Positions 30,062 to 38,320 of a stretch of DNA of 64,000 nt are shown here, piece after piece. A program made the position numbers and the translations under genes. The notes under the pieces were generated by a model that worked only from the letters and a program-made list of their open reading frames with translations, was not told the origin of the DNA and searched no databases. Source of the stretch: Acholeplasmataceae bacterium (GTDB lineage: Bacteria > Bacillota_I > Bacilli_A > Acholeplasmatales > Acholeplasmataceae); NCBI GenBank assembly GCA_963667565.1, contig OY763415.1, positions 736,001 to 800,000 on the forward strand. The letters are read 5' to 3'. The stretch's first letter is position 1; every line of letters starts with the position of its first letter.

Positions 30062-30979
30062 TTAAACACCTTGGAATGTAAATGCTGATGATACGATTTG
30101 TGAAAGAATTGAGTTATAAGTATTAGCATCCCAACCTTCTAACCAAATACGTACTGTTACTTGACCATAATAAGTTGCACCAAAATCTTGAACTTCACCA
30201 GAAACATCAACCATATCAACAACTGGTTGACCTGCACCAAGTGTAGTCATTGTTGATAAAGTAGTAACTGTGTCTGCGCCAAATGGAAGTGCATTATTTT
30301 TTGCATAGTAGTAATTCATTGAACCATTGTCACCAACACCACCATTAGATAAGTCGCCACCAACACCTAGTACAACATTAGAACCACCAACTGGTTTTTC
30401 ATAAGCAACTGTATAATCACCATAAGTAATATCACTTACCATTGCAATTCTCATACCATCAGATGCATCAACTGAAATTTGTGCACCAGCTAATCTTGCA
30501 GTACCACTAGCATCAGTAAATGGAACATCTACTGTCCAAGTATATGCTGAAGAACTTAAACTAATAGTTGTCCAGTTAATTGATTGTGCTGTATCTGATC
30601 TAAAGTTAAGTGGTAATTCAATGTAACCAGAAGTTGTGTCTGTCATTGCTAACGCACCTAATGTTTTAAAGTTAACACCGTCAACTGTAGTTACATGGTT
30701 AAAGATTTGTGTATTACCATATGTAGCAATTAAATATGCTTCTACTGTATCTGTTGTTAATGTTGTAACCCAGTTTGCATTTTGTGGATCTGCATATACT
30801 GAACTATGGTTACCTAAAGCAACTTCAATCCCGCTATCAGCGACGATTTGTGCTTCAAAAGCTTGAACTGTTGACGTATTAGTCAATGTGAACCACGCAA
30901 ATGTTGTAGTTCCAAGTGCGAACACTGTTAATACAACCGCAATAATTGATAAAACTAACTTTCTCGAAATTTTACTCAT
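30062..30979 (-). CDS. SipW-dependent-type signal peptide protein, probable major fibre subunit
   Basis: Leader ending TTFA-WFT; T/G/V-rich beta protein; VRIWLEGWD; strong RBS AAGGAG; stem-loop at its 3' end. Confidence 0.8.
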   Translation of the reverse strand: MSKISRKLVLSIIAVVLTVFALGTTTFAWFTLTNTSTVQAFEAQIVADSGIEVALGNHSSVYADPQNANWVTTLTTDTVEAYLIATYGNTQIFNHVTTVDGVNFKTLGALAMTDTTSGYIELPLNFRSDTAQSINWTTISLSSSAYTWTVDVPFTDASGTARLAGAQISVDASDGMRIAMVSDITYGDYTVAYEKPVGGSNVVLGVGGDLSNGGVGDNGSMNYYYAKNNALPFGADTVTTLSTMTTLGAGQPVVDMVDVSGEVQDFGATYYGQVTVRIWLEGWDANTYNSILSQIVSSAFTFQGV

Positions 30980-31045
30980 TTTTCTAGTCTCCTTAAAAAT
31001 TTCTTTTTTTATATTTTAATTAACTCTCGTTAAGTTAACCCATTG

Positions 31046-32008
31046 CTATTCAGCTGATCTAAGTAATTTAAATTGAAGCTGAATCTTTAAGCGATCATTA
31101 TTAATCGCATCGAATGCATCTGCATCCCATCCTTCAACCCATAAAGTAATTCTTAATTTACCTTGATAGATTGATAAACCCTCTTGTGTTTGTAAACCTG
31201 TGTCCTGAAGTATTGCAACCATTGATGTGTCATCTAATGCTTCATATGGATTTCTTGGATTTGGTAATGTTAAATCATATGTAACTTCTTGATTAAGTGT
31301 CGTAAGCGGTATGAATCTTTGTGTTCTTTGAGTGAAATAACTGTAAGCACCATAACTTAATCCATATCCTCTTGATGGATCACCTGACGGATCAAATATC
31401 CATGAGAGTAATTCATCTTCACTTCGTTGATCTAAGGTGTTTGTGTCATCATTTAATTCTACAAACGATAATCTTACTGCATCACTTGCATAATAGATGC
31501 CCTCATCACCATCATGTACCAAATCACCTGCTGCGTTATAAACGAATGTTTCATTAGAACGCCAATTCACACCTCTTGATACAACATATGTTCCTACTGC
31601 TGATGTATCAAATGCGACATTTTGACTTTGATTATTAATCACATAAACTTGATGTAAAGTCTCAGTTGTTCTAAACCAAACATCAAATTGTAAATAATCT
31701 TTGTCAGGATTAATATCTGTAGTATCTCTTAATCCACCTGCTTCAAAATGTTTTCCATCAATACTTGTTATCTCATTTAATGTGATATTTTCAAATAAGG
31801 ATTCAAGTTCATCTGAAGTTAAGTTGTTAGAAAAATTAATACCATCAAGTGAAATTTCTAACTCTTCACCTGAAGTTGCTGATAATGATAACCCTTCTAT
31901 ATTATTAACAGTTGATAATGAAATCCACGCGAATGTGACAGTACCAAATGTAATAATTAAAATAATCATTGTTAACACTGATAAATGAATCTTATTTGCC
32001 ATCTTCAT
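31046..32008 (-). CDS. SipW-dependent-type signal peptide protein, paralog of 30062-30979
   Basis: VTFA-WIS; shares T(S/T).DG..F, FR, D..R and LWVEGWD motifs. Confidence 0.8.
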   Translation of the reverse strand: MKMANKIHLSVLTMIILIITFGTVTFAWISLSTVNNIEGLSLSATSGEELEISLDGINFSNNLTSDELESLFENITLNEITSIDGKHFEAGGLRDTTDINPDKDYLQFDVWFRTTETLHQVYVINNQSQNVAFDTSAVGTYVVSRGVNWRSNETFVYNAAGDLVHDGDEGIYYASDAVRLSFVELNDDTNTLDQRSEDELLSWIFDPSGDPSRGYGLSYGAYSYFTQRTQRFIPLTTLNQEVTYDLTLPNPRNPYEALDDTSMVAILQDTGLQTQEGLSIYQGKLRITLWVEGWDADAFDAINNDRLKIQLQFKLLRSAE

Positions 32009-32016
32009 AAGTACAC

Positions 32017-32724
32017 CTACTCATTAATGGAAAAACTCATTTGCATTTTAATGCTTCCACCTGCGATGCTATCTGTTGTATCAGGATCTTCACCTTCAAT
32101 CCACATAATGATTGAAAACTTTCTGATTTGCTGTGGAATAAATCTTGTGATGGTTTGTCTTGTGACTGTATAATCATCAAGGAATAATGATGTCTCTGGT
32201 AAATCTACTTGATATTCTGGTAAGTTACCTAATTCATCTGCTTCATCTCTTTTTTGATAGATTGTTTGATTGCCATCATCTATAATTAAGACTCTAATCG
32301 CTTGATCTAAGTCATTAATCACTTGAGTAATTCTAATACTATATGTGATGTCTACTGTTTCTAATCCATTATTTTCTAAGTAAAACGTATATGCCATATA
32401 GTCAATATCTGGATCAATATAGTTTCCATCTGTTTCTTCAACTTGATCAATTTGAATCCAATTATATGTGATATCTTGTGCACCTTCAACTGGATTTGTC
32501 ATAAGTCTAGAACTAGTCACATCAAATGATTTAGTTTCAGATAAGACAATACCTCGGTTAAATGCATCATAATCAACGCTCATCACGAAGTTTCCTGTAT
32601 CTTGTCCATAGAATGTTACAACTAAGAAAACAACGCTTAAGAAGAGTGTGACTGCTAAGCCTAGTGTGTATATTCTTCTTTTCTTTTTGATTAAGTTGGC
32701 TTGCATGACGGTAGATAGTCTCAT
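32017..32724 (-). CDS. Membrane-anchored subunit-like protein (first gene of operon)
   Basis: KKKRR + TM lacking the TxA-W/F cleavage site; C-terminal MWIEGED resembles paralog WxEGxD; start MRLS after AAGGGGTGA. Confidence 0.7.
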   Translation of the reverse strand: MRLSTVMQANLIKKKRRIYTLGLAVTLFLSVVFLVVTFYGQDTGNFVMSVDYDAFNRGIVLSETKSFDVTSSRLMTNPVEGAQDITYNWIQIDQVEETDGNYIDPDIDYMAYTFYLENNGLETVDITYSIRITQVINDLDQAIRVLIIDDGNQTIYQKRDEADELGNLPEYQVDLPETSLFLDDYTVTRQTITRFIPQQIRKFSIIMWIEGEDPDTTDSIAGGSIKMQMSFSINE

Positions 32725-32737
32725 CAAATCACCCCTT

Positions 32738-32842
32738 AAAAAATAAAAACCAGCTATCATCGAATAAAATGATAACTGGCTACCTTTAACTAGGCCCTAT
32801 AGCTTTGCGTCCTATGATTCCTCATAGTTTGCCTTTGACATA
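32738..32842 (-). ncRNA. Cyclic di-GMP-I-class riboswitch + terminator, tandem unit 3 (gene-proximal)
   Basis: GGCAAACTATGA-GGAA-TCATAGGACGCAAAGCTATAGGGCCT..AGGTAGCCAGTTATC; terminator CCAGTTATCAT..ATGATAGCTGG-TTTTT. Confidence 0.93.
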
Positions 32843-32858
32843 CACTGATTAAATTATG

Positions 32859-32961
32859 AAAAATAAAAAGCCAGCATCATCATATAAATGATAACTGGCT
32901 ACCTTTAACTAGGCCCTATAGCTTTGCGTCCTATGGTTCCCCATAGTTTGCCTTTAACATA
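32859..32961 (-). ncRNA. Cyclic di-GMP-I-class riboswitch + terminator, tandem unit 2
   Basis: Same aptamer with compensatory P2 change (CTATGG/CCATAG); terminator AGCCAG..CTGGCT-TTTT. Confidence 0.93.
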
Positions 32962-32987
32962 TGTATATATTTAGTTGATGAAGGTAC

Positions 32988-33089
32988 AAAAAAAGCCAGC
33001 ATCATCATAATTAATGACAACTGGCTACCTTTAACTAGGCCCTATAGCTTTGCGTCCTATGGTTCCCCATAGTTTGCCTTTTTACATTT
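32988..33089 (-). ncRNA. Cyclic di-GMP-I-class riboswitch + terminator, tandem unit 1 (promoter-proximal)
   Basis: Same aptamer; terminator AGCCAG..CTGGC-TTTTTTT. Confidence 0.93.
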
Positions 33090-33097
33090 GTATCTAT

Positions 33098-33126
33098 ATT
33101 TTATGACAAGTTTATCTAATTGTCAA
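33098..33126 (-). promoter_or_regulatory. Sigma70-type promoter of fibre operon, overlapped by an inverted repeat
   Basis: TTGACA(33126-33121)-17nt-TAAAAT(33103-33098); TGACAA-N10-TTGTCA at 33104-33125. Confidence 0.8.
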
Positions 33127-33151
33127 CAACAAATGAAAACTTTTTTTAAAT

Positions 33152-34582
33152 TTAGGATAAAACATTGTGCCATGCTTCAGTTCCTAAGTAACCACGTAGT
33201 GATTCTGCAGAAATAGGTTTAGAAAAATAATAACCTTGTTGGATATCTATACCATAATGTATTGCTTTATCCATCATTTCTTTATTTTCTATCATTTCAC
33301 AAATGATTAAAGTATCATGTTGTTCAGCAAAATCAACAAGTAATTTAGCAAATTTAGATTTCATATAATCTTCATCTTCTTTTAAAAACTCATTGTCTAA
33401 TTTGATAATGTCAACTTGAAGATCTGTAACTTTTGATAATGTTTGATAATCTAGTCCAAAACCATCAATGGCAATTTCGAAACCCATTTGCTTAAGTGTC
33501 TTAAGATTCTTAAGTATAGTTTCTTGTTTTTCAAAGATTGCAAATTCAATAATTTCTAGAATAATATTGTTTGCTTGTGCTCTATATTTCTTAAGTACTT
33601 TTTGCATATCCATAGCAATAGAATCACTCATAAGTTGTTTAGGCCCAATATTCATTGAGAATTTGATTTTATCATTTGGAAAATATTGAGCAATTTCTTG
33701 TTGCGTTTTAATAATGGTTTCTAATCCCCATAATGTAATCCAATGAATATCACCTGATTGTTCCATAATACCTAAAAACTTAAATGGAGATAAAAGACCA
33801 TGTTCTGGATGATTCCATCTAATAAGTGATTCGACACCATAGATTTGTTTTGTAACTACATTAATCATTGGATGATAGAACAATTGAAATTCTTTATGCG
33901 TAATCGCATGTTTAATTTGATAGTAATACTCAACGTGCTCTCCACCTTGTTCACTCATTTCTTCTGAGTAAATACGGATATTATTTCCACCATTTCTCTT
34001 AATAATATATGTTGCAAGTAACAATGAATTAATTAAATCCTTAATACTATGCCCGTGTGCGGGATAGAACGCGACAGCAATAGATGCAGTTGATTTAATA
34101 TCTGTATCACCAAATAATCTAATCGGTTTTTGAATCGCTTGTTTAATCTTATGTGCAAATGTAACAACTTCACTGCGATCATAATCATGATTGAAGAAAA
34201 TTAAGAATTCATCATTTTGATATCTCGCAATCTTAACACCTCTAGGTAATGCTCGTTCCATATTTTTAGCAATTTTATGAATAATACTTTCACTTTCTTC
34301 TTTACCGAATGCATTTATGAAGTCAGTAAATTTATCTAAATCGATATAAACTACGCTAAATTGGATATCTTTTCCTGTTTTAGTTAAGTATGAAGTAATT
34401 AAGTTGTTCATCTCATTTTTAGAAAGTACACCTTCAATAGAGAGTGCCTTCTCATCTTTAATTTTTTTTCTTTCTTTAAAAAATGAAAATGCTAAGAAAT
34501 ATACAACAACAATAATTAAAGCGATTAAAAGAAACGTTAAAATGATTGCTGATGCATCATTTAAGTATATTGGAAACATCAT
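33152..34582 (-). CDS. TM-GGDEF-EAL protein, both domains degenerate (candidate c-di-GMP receptor)
   Basis: GGDEF site reads YQNDEF; EAL site reads ESLIRW; loop 6 reads IDGFGLDY instead of DDFGTGY. Confidence 0.85.
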   Translation of the reverse strand: MMFPIYLNDASAIILTFLLIALIIVVVYFLAFSFFKERKKIKDEKALSIEGVLSKNEMNNLITSYLTKTGKDIQFSVVYIDLDKFTDFINAFGKEESESIIHKIAKNMERALPRGVKIARYQNDEFLIFFNHDYDRSEVVTFAHKIKQAIQKPIRLFGDTDIKSTASIAVAFYPAHGHSIKDLINSLLLATYIIKRNGGNNIRIYSEEMSEQGGEHVEYYYQIKHAITHKEFQLFYHPMINVVTKQIYGVESLIRWNHPEHGLLSPFKFLGIMEQSGDIHWITLWGLETIIKTQQEIAQYFPNDKIKFSMNIGPKQLMSDSIAMDMQKVLKKYRAQANNIILEIIEFAIFEKQETILKNLKTLKQMGFEIAIDGFGLDYQTLSKVTDLQVDIIKLDNEFLKEDEDYMKSKFAKLLVDFAEQHDTLIICEMIENKEMMDKAIHYGIDIQQGYYFSKPISAESLRGYLGTEAWHNVLS

Positions 34583-37158
34583 TTTCTTCTAACCTCCTTT
34601 TTATTTTTTATCAAACTGACTGATTTTGTTTTTTCTAAGTTATAAGCTTTGATGAGTTGTATTGCTTGTTCTTTTGGTACCGGTGCTGAAATCATATACC
34701 CTTGAATGATGTCACATCCACCTTTATAAATAAGCTGATTTTGCTTTTGTGTTTCCACACCTTCAGCAATGACATCTAATCCGATATCTTTTGCTAAATT
34801 TGAGATCATATGAACTATGGCTCTTGAATGGGCATCTTCTTCAACACCATCAATAAATGTTTTATCAATTTTGATTGCATTGATTGGTAAATCTTTTAAA
34901 TATTGAAGTGATGAATATCCTGTACCAAAGTCATCAAGGTGTATATTAAATCCATACTTTCTTAAAATGTTTAGTTTTGCAATGACTAATTCAAATGAAT
35001 CAATTAAGAATGTTTCAGTAATTTCTAAACTAATAGCGCCTTTTTTAAGTTCATATTGTTCAAAAACACTAATAATTTCATTAACAAATCCCGCTTGGAG
35101 CATTTGTACGGGTGAAATATTTAAAGAAATTTCTACATTATAGTGCTCTAATTCCTTAGCTGCTAAAAACGTTTCATGAAGTGCGATTCTACCAATGTCG
35201 ATAATCATTGAATTTTGTTCTGCCATACGAATAAACTTAAGTGGTGACTCACTTGCATATCTTGGATTATTCCAACGAATCAGTGCCTCAAATCCAACAA
35301 TACGTTCTTCTTCATTGTTATATTGGGGCTGAAAAACCATTTTAAACTCTTGGTTTGTAATGGCTTTTGCTAAATCCATTTCCATTCTATTACTTCTTGA
35401 TGCCACAATACTTAATGAAACATCATATATAAAATAGTTTTTAGTTGTATTACTTTTAGCATGCTCTAATGCAAGGGTCATGTTTTCAATACATACTTGA
35501 GGATTCAGTATTTCATATTTTTCATTTTCCTTTAAGAAAATACCAAATTTCAAGTGAATATTAAGCAAGTTTCTATCTATGGTTAATGGTTGACTAAAAA
35601 TCTCATTTAATTTTTGCATCCATAAATGTACCCATTGGTAATTTTCGATATTTTCTAATAACACTACAAATAAGTCACCTTCTAGGTTAAATAACATTGA
35701 TGGATAACCTTCTAATGTTTCAAGAGCATAATCAGAAACAAGTCTCAAGAAGTGATCTGTGCTTTTTTTTCCTAAAAGCAAACTGATTTTGCTAAAATTA
35801 TCTATTTCAAAAGCAATCAGTGCATTCTTTTTATGGATGCGTTCTTCATTTTTAAATAAATCATCTAAGACCTGCATAAGTGAATTCTTATTAGGTAATT
35901 GAGTGATATTATTCATAAGTGCGAGTGTTTTATACTCATCAAACTTACCTTCTGATTGAGAAACATCATCTCCAACCAAAATAAATCCACCTTGTGCTCT
36001 TGTTGGAATAAACCTTATGTATTTTAGCTCTTCATCTTTTTGAAATAATGCTGTAAATGGTTTTTGACGATCAATATTTTCAGATAATGATGTAGAGATT
36101 TCTTCTTCTTTAATTCTAAAGTCACTGATATTGTCATAAATATCTTGATCACCTAAAAATTGTGAAAATGATCGATTGTATGATTTAATGTAACCATCTT
36201 TCTTAATTTTGACAATGAAAGGTTTCGTATAAAACAATTTAAGTCTTGCATCATGAATATCTTCAATTCGTTTTGAAAGAATTTTGTATATGAAAAGGGT
36301 TGCGATAGAATAGATGATGAATATGATAAAAAACATTGCCCATAGAACGCCAGTCAAATATGAAAGTGATAAACGTACAGATGTAGATGCATAACTAAAT
36401 GTGAAATACATACCACTCTCTGTAGTTTGTTGAATATGGATAGGTGCATAAGTCAAATAGTCATCACCTGTGAACGCTCTAGTTTCTAAAATACCTGATT
36501 GAAGTGAGTAAATCGCAGAAGTGAAATCGTTGATATATGATTGTTGATAACCCGCTTCTCTAAAGTAGTCATTAAAATATGGATATGTTTCATTTGATTG
36601 ACTTGAATAAAAAATTCTATTGTCAGTTGAAATGATAAAGTAGTTATCGATGAGTTCATTAGATTCAAAAAATCTTGACACAAAAATGTTAGCATCAAAA
36701 AAGCCAATATATTCGTTAACTTTAAACACAAAATATGTACCTCCAAAATCGGAAGTATTAAATGCATCATTGAAATCATAAATCGCAAATTGTTGATTAA
36801 AATCGACATTAAAAACTTGTGGTTGATATGTATAAGTTTCACCATTAATTGTGACATCTCTTCCATCAATAGTCCCAAGACCTAAAAGTGATTGATCAAG
36901 AACATCAAAATCAGAAGGATTAATATCTAAAATTGGGTCTGCTGTTTCAGTGATGATATCTGCAAATCTTTGATAGTCATAATTGACTTGCAAACTGAAA
37001 AGAGACGCAACATCTTCAGTTGATACGACAAGTTCTTTTTCTGCTTGTTTTAAGATGTAGTTATTTGAAATTTCGACATATGCAAAAAATATAACAGCCA
37101 TTAATAGCATGTAAGCTAATATGAGTGTGAGTGCATACTGCCATGTGTGTTTTCTCAT
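34579..37158 (-). CDS. Membrane sensor GGDEF(degenerate)-EAL phosphodiesterase
   Basis: Two TMs around an extracellular domain; LEGDLF; intact EALIRW, EITE, DDFGTGYSS, KIDK, EGVE, QGY. Confidence 0.9.
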   Translation of the reverse strand: MRKHTWQYALTLILAYMLLMAVIFFAYVEISNNYILKQAEKELVVSTEDVASLFSLQVNYDYQRFADIITETADPILDINPSDFDVLDQSLLGLGTIDGRDVTINGETYTYQPQVFNVDFNQQFAIYDFNDAFNTSDFGGTYFVFKVNEYIGFFDANIFVSRFFESNELIDNYFIISTDNRIFYSSQSNETYPYFNDYFREAGYQQSYINDFTSAIYSLQSGILETRAFTGDDYLTYAPIHIQQTTESGMYFTFSYASTSVRLSLSYLTGVLWAMFFIIFIIYSIATLFIYKILSKRIEDIHDARLKLFYTKPFIVKIKKDGYIKSYNRSFSQFLGDQDIYDNISDFRIKEEEISTSLSENIDRQKPFTALFQKDEELKYIRFIPTRAQGGFILVGDDVSQSEGKFDEYKTLALMNNITQLPNKNSLMQVLDDLFKNEERIHKKNALIAFEIDNFSKISLLLGKKSTDHFLRLVSDYALETLEGYPSMLFNLEGDLFVVLLENIENYQWVHLWMQKLNEIFSQPLTIDRNLLNIHLKFGIFLKENEKYEILNPQVCIENMTLALEHAKSNTTKNYFIYDVSLSIVASRSNRMEMDLAKAITNQEFKMVFQPQYNNEEERIVGFEALIRWNNPRYASESPLKFIRMAEQNSMIIDIGRIALHETFLAAKELEHYNVEISLNISPVQMLQAGFVNEIISVFEQYELKKGAISLEITETFLIDSFELVIAKLNILRKYGFNIHLDDFGTGYSSLQYLKDLPINAIKIDKTFIDGVEEDAHSRAIVHMISNLAKDIGLDVIAEGVETQKQNQLIYKGGCDIIQGYMISAPVPKEQAIQLIKAYNLEKTKSVSLIKNKKEVRRK

Positions 37159-37289
37159 ATAAATATCCTTTTTCGTGTGCTCCTACGTTAATTCAAGTAT
37201 ATTATATAACAAATATTTTAAAAAAACATAGCATAAAACCATACCAAAAACACGTAAAAAAGGCGTAAAAAAAACTATATAATTATATA

Positions 37290-37766
37290 TTATATAGCTT
37301 GTTTTGGTGATTTGAAATTTTGTTCTAATTTTAAAAGTTTTTCTTTTAAGAAGATGTAGTTTTTTCCAGAATATCCAGTCAATTGCTTATTTTTACCAAT
37401 TACTCTATGACATGGAATCATAATGCCGATAGGGTTTGATTTACATGCTTGACCGACAGCTCTTACAGCTTTTGGATGGCCAATTTTGACTGCAATTTCC
37501 TGATAACTTCTGGTCTCACCATATGGAATTTTTAGTAGTTCATCAAGCACTTTTTTTTGAAATACTGTCTTATTTTCATATGAAAATGACAGTGGAAATT
37601 GACGCGTTTTTCCCTCGAAATAATCACTTAATAATTGATTAATTTTAGGGTCAAATTCCCCATTAAATTCTTCATCAAAAATAAATGATAATTGATAGAT
37701 AATTTCATTGTCATAAACGTATTTAATAGGCCCAAATCCACTTAGAAAATACCCTGTTTTTTTCAT
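37290..37766 (-). CDS. ogt: Methylated-DNA-protein-cysteine methyltransferase
   Basis: IPYGE..SY, RAVG.A, IPCHRV. Confidence 0.93.
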   Translation of the reverse strand: MKKTGYFLSGFGPIKYVYDNEIIYQLSFIFDEEFNGEFDPKINQLLSDYFEGKTRQFPLSFSYENKTVFQKKVLDELLKIPYGETRSYQEIAVKIGHPKAVRAVGQACKSNPIGIMIPCHRVIGKNKQLTGYSGKNYIFLKEKLLKLEQNFKSPKQAI

Positions 37767-38311
37767 TGTTTTTCCTCAAAATTCATCTTTATAAAATACT
37801 GCATTGCAATCAGTGTTTTGACATCATGAATTTTGATGTCTTCGATGAGTTTTTTTACTTCATCTTGAGTGTAGAATTCAACATCGATAAACTCATCTTC
37901 ATCCATGGCTTTTGGGTTTACTATTTTGACTATATTTTTTGCTAAATATAAGTCAATGACTTCATCGCTATAACCCACACAATGATAAAGTTGATATATG
38001 AGTTTTATGTCATCTGATGCATAACCTGTTTCTTCTTCTAGTTCTCTTTTAGCGCAAGATAAACCACTTTCATTGATATCATCTTTTTTACCTGCTGGTA
38101 TTTCTAGTGTATATCCTTTGATAGGATATCTATATTGTTTGATTAAACATATTTTATGATCTTGAGTTAATGCGATAACACATGCAGCACCTGGATGTTT
38201 AATGTAAATTCTTTTAGTCTTTTTTTGATTTTCAACGACGAGTACATCATCTTCATAAACATCGATAAAATTGCCTTTATGAATCAGATTTTCCTTGATT
38301 GTTTTTTCCAT
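37763..38311 (-). CDS. nudF: NUDIX hydrolase (ADP-ribose pyrophosphatase-like)
   Basis: HPGA, QYRYP, EIPAG..D..E....AKRELEEETG. Confidence 0.85.
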   Translation of the reverse strand: MEKTIKENLIHKGNFIDVYEDDVLVVENQKKTKRIYIKHPGAACVIALTQDHKICLIKQYRYPIKGYTLEIPAGKKDDINESGLSCAKRELEEETGYASDDIKLIYQLYHCVGYSDEVIDLYLAKNIVKIVNPKAMDEDEFIDVEFYTQDEVKKLIEDIKIHDVKTLIAMQYFIKMNFEEKQ

Positions 38312-38320
38312 TATATACTC

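Noticed and set aside
32725..32760. Upstream start (MIAGFYF...) for the first operon gene
   Set aside because: It lies inside the riboswitch terminator; the RBS supports ATG at 32724.
32738..33089. Three ~65-bp direct repeats as a CRISPR array or MITE
   Set aside because: They match the GEMM aptamer consensus and each has a terminator; too long for CRISPR repeats, no cas genes, no terminal inverted repeats.
24286..33089. A20-type (GEMM-Ib) cGAMP riboswitches
   Set aside because: All four aptamers have G at position 20 (GGCAAA).
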